64,000 nt of DNA from a virus, in the IMG/VR virus record IMGVR_UViG_3300021963_000109, positions 4,224-68,223 of that record, one strand, 5' to 3'. The notes below the pieces were generated by a model that saw nothing but the letters and a program-made list of their open reading frames with translations, was not told the DNA's origin and searched no databases. Shown here piece after piece: positions 57,734-64,000 of this stretch; the first letter of the stretch is position 1; each line of letters opens with the position of its first letter. Both the position numbers and the translations under genes were made by a program.

Positions 57734-59581
57734 TTAATAATCAAAAGGATTTGCCAGACTTCCTCCGTTTTTAGCATCACTAAGATCAACCTGAGCGATA
57801 TCTTGTTTAGATTGGGCTGTAATGTTAGCATTTTTGCTTTCGTCAGATCTAGCAACTTTACCAAGATAAAGTCTACCGTTTCCTCTATTAAACATACTTT
57901 CAAAATCACCTCTATGTTTCTGTCTAGCAGGCTTAAGAGTATATGTTGCTGTCATCTCCGTTGGAAAATCGTCTGGACCTAAAACATTATTCAGTTTTAT
58001 TTTAACACCGGAGCAAATAAGATTTCCAATCATAGCTATAGGATTTAAAGGATTTCCCACAACTACATGCCATTCTCCTGTTGGATATCCAGAAAGCATA
58101 ATCGGTTCAAATTTTAGATTTGTTAAAAGTTGATCTGAAAGTAAAGCAGTTAATGTTTTATAAACAACTCCATCCTTAGGAAGCTTTGTTCCTTTTTTTA
58201 ATCCTTCAAGTTCGCTCTTAGCTTTTTTAACTCTGTCTTCTAAAGTCTGCTTTTTAGCTTGCATCATAGAGCTCCAGTTAATATCAAGCATATCATTCAA
58301 AAATTCAACAGGTTGAAGAAGGGATTTAATATACCCAGCGGATCCTAGAGGAAATCCTATGCCTTGTCTGTTTGAATTTACTAATAACTGAGGGGTAAGG
58401 AATTTACCATAATCAGTACCAATAGTTAAAAGATTAGCTAGAAGATCAATAAAAAGCATTCTGCTATTCACTGTTCCAACACTAGTTAATGAGTAGGTAA
58501 AAGTCAATGTGATCGGGGATTTACCTCCTTCAAATCCAATTGCCCTAGTATACATCTGATTCACAGTGTTAACATCAACGAAGATTTTTTTACTTAGTGG
58601 GCCATCACCTGAGGTTAATTTGTCAAAGAAAACTCTTTTAATTCTTTGATCAACATTTTCTGGATCTGTAAATGTTCCAATTGCGTTACTGATTCCCTGA
58701 GCATTCTTTGCTACATCATCCCCAGCAACCCCTTGTAGGTATTTACCAATCGAACTATCTAAAAAGCCCCTATCGTTTCCCTGGGCATTAAGTAAGGTAG
58801 CTTGTGTGTTTTCTTTCCAGTTTAATCCAGAATCAATGCTGAGGATTTCAGAAAGATTATTGCCTGTTCCCTCCCCGAAAAAAGTAACAGCTTGTGCAAC
58901 TGGAAGACCTACACCAGTTCTTTCCATATCTCCCCTTGTAATACCCTGGCTATTTATTTCCTGAACGGAGGTCTTGCCATCCTTAGAAACCAACTCTGGT
59001 CTTGGTCCAGGAGTGGGTACTCTTAGATTATCCATAATAGGATGGGGAAATCTCCTTAAAGTAATCATTCTATTATTTGGGATAACACCGTAGTGCTTAC
59101 AAAAAATAAAGTCTTTTACGTTATATGGTTGGGAAACGTATCTGCTCTTAGGATCTAGATAAGCCCCATTTGCTGTGGTTTTTTCAATGATATTATGAGC
59201 TGTTGGATTTCTACTGACCTCGGTGGTTACCATTTTATTCATCTGATACGTTTCAGATTTAATATAGGTAAACTTACCTCCACCCTCAGCAGATCTAGAA
59301 TCTCCTATTACATAGTAATTAAAAAGACCGGATCTTCCATCCTCTGATGTTTGTGCTTCGTAAAAAAGAGATCCAGGAAGAGTACTTTTAGCGTCGTTAA
59401 GATTTTCGAAAACCCCATATTCTGTATCAGAAACAGTTTTATAGATATTCCCATCAATCTCTGATGATTTGTCTATTGCTTTATCAACGTATTTACTAGT
59501 GGTGTTTGCACCAGTATTGATTACTCCAGATTTCTCAAGAGGATTGTTTCTTAAAGAAGTAACAAAATCAAAATTAAACAT
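57734..59581 (-). CDS. Tail tube initiator/baseplate cap-like protein (gp48/gp54-like)
   Basis: ITLRRFP; WHVVVGNPLNPIAMIGNLIC...LGPDDFPTE; position before the gp53-like gene. Confidence 0.5.
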   Translation of the reverse strand: MFNFDFVTSLRNNPLEKSGVINTGANTTSKYVDKAIDKSSEIDGNIYKTVSDTEYGVFENLNDAKSTLPGSLFYEAQTSEDGRSGLFNYYVIGDSRSAEGGGKFTYIKSETYQMNKMVTTEVSRNPTAHNIIEKTTANGAYLDPKSRYVSQPYNVKDFIFCKHYGVIPNNRMITLRRFPHPIMDNLRVPTPGPRPELVSKDGKTSVQEINSQGITRGDMERTGVGLPVAQAVTFFGEGTGNNLSEILSIDSGLNWKENTQATLLNAQGNDRGFLDSSIGKYLQGVAGDDVAKNAQGISNAIGTFTDPENVDQRIKRVFFDKLTSGDGPLSKKIFVDVNTVNQMYTRAIGFEGGKSPITLTFTYSLTSVGTVNSRMLFIDLLANLLTIGTDYGKFLTPQLLVNSNRQGIGFPLGSAGYIKSLLQPVEFLNDMLDINWSSMMQAKKQTLEDRVKKAKSELEGLKKGTKLPKDGVVYKTLTALLSDQLLTNLKFEPIMLSGYPTGEWHVVVGNPLNPIAMIGNLICSGVKIKLNNVLGPDDFPTEMTATYTLKPARQKHRGDFESMFNRGNGRLYLGKVARSDESKNANITAQSKQDIAQVDLSDAKNGGSLANPFDY

Positions 59582-59593
59582 GGAACTCTTCCC

Positions 59594-59633
59594 TTATTTG
59601 ATTTATATATTCCAAAAAAGATAAACCAAATAA
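59594..59633 (-). promoter_or_regulatory. AATATATA motif (59604-59611) within a 13-bp hairpin
   Basis: Minus strand TTATTTGGTTTAT-N14-ATAAATCAAATAA-GGGAAG. Confidence 0.55.
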
Positions 59634-59634
59634 A

Positions 59635-59979
59635 TTAAGAATTTAAGATTTCTACTTGAACTGGGGTGATTTTGTGATCCCTGAGTAATTCTTTGAAGGA
59701 TTTAACACTATTTTTATTGGGATCTTTAATAGTGACCAGTATTTTTTCGGCTTTAGATGTCACAAATCCTTCAATTTTTTTAATTATCATCTGGTTTAGG
59801 ATCCAGTACTGAACATCGCTTAAAACCTCCTGATCACCGAAAGATTCAGAAATAATTTTAGAAACATCCATATAATACAACTTTTCTTTCTCAGGAAATA
59901 TTTTTTTTATTTCTCGGAGGGAAAGCTGAGTTAAAAGAATATTAAGGGTGGGTTTTTTATTCTTCTGTGTTAGGCTCAC
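59635..59979 (-). CDS. Hypothetical protein
   Basis: 114 aa operonic ORF. Confidence 0.55.
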   Translation of the reverse strand: MSLTQKNKKPTLNILLTQLSLREIKKIFPEKEKLYYMDVSKIISESFGDQEVLSDVQYWILNQMIIKKIEGFVTSKAEKILVTIKDPNKNSVKSFKELLRDHKITPVQVEILNS

Positions 59980-60208
59980 TGATTGTTTTTTTCAATTCTT
60001 GCTGTTCCCAGCTTGTTTGTTCTTTTTTGCTTTCCTCCTCTTCCCTGCGCTGATTCTCTATGTTTTGTAAATGTTGGAGATGAATCTGCTTTCCTAACTC
60101 TTGGGATCTAGTAATTCTCTCCATCATTTCTTTAAATGATTCTTTTTTCTTAACTAACCCCAATGCTTTGGCAAGAGCCCTTCTTTCTTTTCTCGATGGT
60201 AAATTCAT
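59957..60208 (-). CDS. Hypothetical charged protein
   Basis: 83 aa; SRKERR N-terminus. Confidence 0.55.
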   Translation of the reverse strand: MNLPSRKERRALAKALGLVKKKESFKEMMERITRSQELGKQIHLQHLQNIENQRREEEESKKEQTSWEQQELKKTISEPNTEE

Positions 60209-60211
60209 AAA

Positions 60212-60730
60212 TTAAATTATCTTGTTTTGAAATAGCTTTAAAAATAAACAGGATATTAGTGCATCGTCGTGATTGATTGCTTCCGATACGGAAACTAGGG
60301 AGAATTTTGTGTTTTTTTCAGTCTGTGATCCATCACCGGTTTTTTCTTCCTTTTCTATTCCAGTGATATTAACACCAAAAGCGGGATTACCATTTACTAC
60401 CATCTTCGAAGTACTAATGTTGCCTAAATAGTCCCATTTTTCGATGTCTTCAACAGTGTATCCAGATTCCTCCGAAAGCTCCCTCTTAGCAGTTGCCAAG
60501 ATATCAACATCGCTTTCATCAGGGGATCCTGTGATAATGGTATAAGAGATTTTAGTTTCTTTTATTGCAGATGGTTCAGCAATTAATCCTAGCTTTTTTG
60601 GATTTCCTGATTCATCTAAGGTATAAGGAAGAATCATAACGGATGGGGTTTTTTGTTTTATCCCAACCCGGTCATTATTCTCAATAACCTCTATAAAATC
60701 ATTCTGAAATAGAATCTTGGGATCTGACAT
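60212..60730 (-). CDS. Nudix hydrolase
   Basis: Nudix box variant GSPDESD...AKRELSEESG. Confidence 0.8.
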   Translation of the reverse strand: MSDPKILFQNDFIEVIENNDRVGIKQKTPSVMILPYTLDESGNPKKLGLIAEPSAIKETKISYTIITGSPDESDVDILATAKRELSEESGYTVEDIEKWDYLGNISTSKMVVNGNPAFGVNITGIEKEEKTGDGSQTEKNTKFSLVSVSEAINHDDALISCLFLKLFQNKII

Positions 60731-61289
60731 TTTTTACTGATGTAGGATTTTTTTGCTTTTTATATATCTCTTTTATAGATTCCCTCAAAGATTGACGAAC
60801 AACCTCGATATCAAGGTCTTTTGTAACAAACTCTAAGATATCTTTTTCCGCATCATCAAAGGAGGAAATAAGTATATCCCAAAGACTCTTAGGTGGTAAG
60901 TTAATGCTAAGTTTAAGATCCACGTCCACCCAATTCTCCTTCTGTTTAGAAAGTAAAGAGAAAATAGGGTTTTCTTCTACCGCAATAGATTTTTTTTGTT
61001 CTAATTCTCTAGGCTTAACAGAGGATTTAGGGCTATTTTGAGATTCTACTAATTCAACAGTGGGTTGAATCATTGAAACCTCTTCATATCCTTTTTCCAC
61101 TCGAATCATAAATTCATCCAAAAGATCTATCGACATTCTGTTACCGTCGGTAAAAACAATGTATGTTTTACCATTTTCACTAACAAGATCTTTGTAGTGT
61201 TGTACTTGAGAGAGGTTTTCCCCTTTTACCCATTGATAGGAGAATTGACCGTAATCCTCCTTTAGTTCAGAAAGGTCTTTATCCATCAT
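60699..61289 (-). CDS. Hypothetical protein (likely start MMDKDL)
   Basis: ORF 60699..61343; the ATG at 61289 follows an A-rich leader. Confidence 0.55.
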   Translation of the reverse strand: MMDKDLSELKEDYGQFSYQWVKGENLSQVQHYKDLVSENGKTYIVFTDGNRMSIDLLDEFMIRVEKGYEEVSMIQPTVELVESQNSPKSSVKPRELEQKKSIAVEENPIFSLLSKQKENWVDVDLKLSINLPPKSLWDILISSFDDAEKDILEFVTKDLDIEVVRQSLRESIKEIYKKQKNPTSVKNVRSQDSISE

Positions 61290-61354
61290 AATATCTATTA
61301 TTTTCTTAAACTTTTTAAACATACCAAGAATATGGTTTTGCACTATGCAATAGA

Positions 61355-61381
61355 TTATACTGAATTTGTTTGATTTATTTC
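61355..61381 (-). promoter_or_regulatory. GAAAT-N17-TATAAT promoter-like motif
   Basis: In the divergent intergenic region; same spacing as the SSB and H1-like motifs. Confidence 0.45.
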
Positions 61382-61392
61382 AGAGTTATGGG

Positions 61393-61400
61393 AATATATA
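61393..61400 (+). promoter_or_regulatory. Late-promoter-like motif AATATATA on the plus strand
   Basis: 7 nt upstream of ATG 61408; the motif switches strand with the genes. Confidence 0.55.
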
Positions 61401-61407
61401 AAGGAAT

Positions 61408-61641
61408 ATGGAAAAATACGGGTACAAGAACATCAGTTCGATGGATGAATTTTCAAAATCTGCTCAAAAAGAGGGTAATCACGAATTTTCTTATCATTCA
61501 GGGGATCATATCACTCATAATAATTTTATTAAATGGGGAGATCAAAACCAATGGGGTGTTCCGGGTCAAACTAGATATGATGTTAAAACAGTCGATGATT
61601 TATTAAATGCCGGTCAAAAAGTTTCTACAACAGAAAAATAA
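61408..61641 (+). CDS. Hypothetical protein
   Basis: 77 aa; TAATG overlap with the next gene. Confidence 0.55.
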   Translation: MEKYGYKNISSMDEFSKSAQKEGNHEFSYHSGDHITHNNFIKWGDQNQWGVPGQTRYDVKTVDDLLNAGQKVSTTEK

Positions 61642-62216
61642 TGAAATTACCTAAAAAATATCTAACCAAGAACCCAGGTGTCATGAAAAGAGAAATCAAA
61701 AAGCATGGCAAAAAAGAGGATGATGATTCATCCGCATACGGACCTTGGGATGCAGATTATAAATCTCGCAAAGCCGGGGTAGGTAAGCCAGTAGACACTA
61801 AAGCAAGTAAATACACAAAAAAATACAAAAAAATGTTCGGGGAAAGCAAGCGTATTTTAGAATTCGAAGAATTTATTAAATTAACTAACGAGGCAGAAAT
61901 TCTTTTTTTAGAAGCATTTGCTGAGCTAGCAGATGAAAGTATAGAATCTCTAGATGAATCAGTTGATCAGATCTCTAGCCCAGTTCACAAGGCTTTAAAG
62001 AAAAAATCAGACAAGACCGGATTCCCTTTAGGAATTCTTAAGCAGGTTTGGAGAAAAGGATATGCAGCTTGGAAAACAGGACATATTCCAGGAACAACAC
62101 CTCAGCAATGGGCAATGGCTCGAGTAAACTCTTTTGTCACCGGAGGTAAAACAACTAAAATGCACGATAAGAAGCTTTATCAAAGAGCCAAGAAAAACAG
62201 AAAGAAAAAGAAATAA
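61641..62216 (+). CDS. DUF5824-like basic protein
   Basis: ILKQVWRKGYAAWKTGH.PG.TPQQWAMARVNSF. Confidence 0.65.
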   Translation: MKLPKKYLTKNPGVMKREIKKHGKKEDDDSSAYGPWDADYKSRKAGVGKPVDTKASKYTKKYKKMFGESKRILEFEEFIKLTNEAEILFLEAFAELADESIESLDESVDQISSPVHKALKKKSDKTGFPLGILKQVWRKGYAAWKTGHIPGTTPQQWAMARVNSFVTGGKTTKMHDKKLYQRAKKNRKKKK

Positions 62217-62218
62217 TT

Positions 62219-62896
62219 TTAAGAATTCTTTTCGTGGTGCTTATGCATCCAGCTAACGTCGAATTTTCTTTTCTTGCCTTCCGAACAATAATGTGAGGTA
62301 TAGTCAGTAGAAAAATCTTCATTGTATCCCCATCCATATTTAGAATCACTAGCAGCTTTTAAATCACCGGATTCTATAAAAGGGCCTAAAACTTGACCTA
62401 TCCAAAGATCTTCACATGGGATTTTTAAATTAGGACACATTGCTTTAGCAGTTGATCCCTCTGCTATAATTTTCCAGGCAGCTTTACGAGAGATAAAATA
62501 ACCACTTCCTCCGCTAGCCCACGTATATAAACTATTATAAATTAAATTGGGTTTTCCTAATTCACCGTTAAAGTGACCAATATAATCATAGTCCTTGAAG
62601 TTGGAATTCAATAGCTTGTCCAAAACAACATAGGTGTCTGTATCACATTTAAAGATGTAATCATATTCGTTTTTCATTGCCCATTTTACAATCTCCATCG
62701 TTTTTTCAGGCAAACTTAAATAGTCATCCTTACAGTCTAATAGAACCTCGTCGGATTTTTCTGTTGGGGCACCTACCCCACGAAAGAATTTGTAATCAAC
62801 TTTTTTGTCTTTTAGCCAGGTATTTCTTACAGCATCGTTAAAACCGTTATAAGAATCTCTTTCGCAGCTTGCTATTGCTATTAATATTTTATCCAT
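62219..62896 (-). CDS. GT31/Fringe-like glycosyltransferase (start corrected to MDKILIA)
   Basis: DDYLSLPEKT, YIFKCDTDTYV (DxD), ASGGSGYFISR, EDLWIG. Confidence 0.8.
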   Translation of the reverse strand: MDKILIAIASCERDSYNGFNDAVRNTWLKDKKVDYKFFRGVGAPTEKSDEVLLDCKDDYLSLPEKTMEIVKWAMKNEYDYIFKCDTDTYVVLDKLLNSNFKDYDYIGHFNGELGKPNLIYNSLYTWASGGSGYFISRKAAWKIIAEGSTAKAMCPNLKIPCEDLWIGQVLGPFIESGDLKAASDSKYGWGYNEDFSTDYTSHYCSEGKKRKFDVSWMHKHHEKNS

Positions 62897-62897
62897 C

Positions 62898-64000
62898 TTA
62901 TTTCTTTTTAGCAGTCCACCAATAACTTTCGTCAGCAAATTTGTAAACTTGAACATCAGTAAAATATTGATTTAATATAGAATTCCATTCATCATGTGAA
63001 CGGGTCTTTATGTGATAAGGGCAAGGATTTTTAGGATCGTCGTGATGTGGCATTGATCCTAAAAATAATCCATCAATGTTAAGATTTTTAGCAACCCATT
63101 CCACAAGGTTCATCTGAAGATCTGCTGAGAGATGCTCTATATGTTCTGTGCAAACTATAGTATCAAATCCATCTGATTTCTCCTGAATTAAATCCTCCGT
63201 GTTTATTATTCTGTAAGAAGTTTTATCCGTTTCGTCTTTATATCCATTATCCCTGTCCGTCCCTGTTACGTGTTCAACGTTGGGGTTGTTCGATATTCGG
63301 GAGGTAAGATATCCATGACCACAGCCAATATCGATAACTCTTCCTTTACATAATTTTTCAATCTGAGAAGCGTAGTTTTCAAAGTAATCATCTCCACCGT
63401 CCCCTGGAAAATATCTTTCAGTCGCTTGACCATTAAAATTAGATCCTATAATTTCAGCAATGATTCTTTTAACGGATTTTGTTATTTTCCAGTCTGGATA
63501 ATCTTGTTTAAAACGGGAAAGATCACTAATGTAACAAATATGATCCCCTACCCTATTTTCATCAACATATTCCCATGAAAGTTTTTTACCTGATAGCTCC
63601 TCTGCAATTGAAATTGCCTCCAGCATGGAAACACTATTTTCTCTGCCTCCTCCTAAATTATAAACAGATCCAGGTTTTGGATTTTTAATAACTTCTTCCA
63701 TCGCTCTAACCACATCATAGCTGTGGATATTATCTCTTACCTGTTTTCCCTTGTAGCCATAAATCTTGTAGTGCTTTCCTGACATTACGCATTTTACTAG
63801 ATAGGAAAGAAAACCGTGAAGTTCAACCCCTGAATGGGAGGGACCTGTTAGGCATCCTCCTCGGAAAACACATGTTTTTAATCCAAAATATCTGCCATAC
63901 TCCTGAACCATTATATCTGCAGCAACTTTAGAAGCTCCAAAGACTGAATGGGTGCTTTGATCTATTCTAAATGTTTCCTTAATTCCGTCGAAGTAGTTAG
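62898..64000 (-). CDS. NAD-dependent sugar-nucleotide epimerase (CDP-tyvelose epimerase-like) fused to a class I SAM methyltransferase; 5' end outside the window
   Basis: Frame is open to the window edge (...[18 protein letters not shown]), [15 protein letters not shown]; [15 protein letters not shown]. Confidence 0.8.
   Translation of the reverse strand, partial: NYFDGIKETFRIDQSTHSVFGASKVAADIMVQEYGRYFGLKTCVFRGGCLTGPSHSGVELHGFLSYLVKCVMSGKHYKIYGYKGKQVRDNIHSYDVVRAMEEVIKNPKPGSVYNLGGGRENSVSMLEAISIAEELSGKKLSWEYVDENRVGDHICYISDLSRFKQDYPDWKITKSVKRIIAEIIGSNFNGQATERYFPGDGGDDYFENYASQIEKLCKGRVIDIGCGHGYLTSRISNNPNVEHVTGTDRDNGYKDETDKTSYRIINTEDLIQEKSDGFDTIVCTEHIEHLSADLQMNLVEWVAKNLNIDGLFLGSMPHHDDPKNPCPYHIKTRSHDEWNSILNQYFTDVQVYKFADESYWWTAKKK

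Noticed and set aside
42629-59581. Bacterial T6SS/eCIS/tailocin locus instead of a phage
   Set aside because: It is contiguous with T4-like primase, gp32, UvsW and a neck gene, and there are no bacterial housekeeping operons
1-64000. Stop-codon reassignment as seen in some large phages
   Set aside because: Genes up to 2510 aa are intact in code 11, and TAA, TAG and TGA all end well-packed genes
1-64000. tRNA, rRNA, CRISPR array, intron, intein or transposase
   Set aside because: Intergenic gaps are very short, I saw no cloverleaf or repeat-spacer pattern, and core genes have normal lengths

Overview
This window is a gene-dense, AT-rich segment of a large T4-like (myovirus, probably jumbo) phage genome read in standard code 11, with almost all genes on the minus strand. 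The host is probably Bacteroidota, judged from DUF4494 and Hc1-type histone-like genes, mostly SD-less A-rich leaders and Reg_prop/SBBP/PKD-like domains. Layout from left to right: (1) 0.1-9.4 kb, small proteins plus a MoxR AAA+ / vWA / HExxH-peptidase triad and a ligase-nucleotidyltransferase fusion, many with an N-terminal peptide resembling the T4 capsid-targeting sequence; (2) 9.4-14.4 kb, UvsW, UvsY-like, primase, gp32 SSB and a RuvC-like resolvase; (3) 14.4-59.6 kb, a tail/baseplate/neck module that also contains phoH, an amidoligase and a ribosomal protein S1 homologue; (4) 59.6-64 kb, Nudix, DUF5824-like and glycosylation genes. Reading the DNA reveals two promoter-like motifs, (G/A)ATA(T/A/C)ATA and GAAA(C/T)-N17-TATAA, and hairpins over the translation-initiation region of six genes carrying the first motif. 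I found no tRNA, rRNA, CRISPR array or mobile element. All family calls come from recognising motifs by eye; no database search was run.
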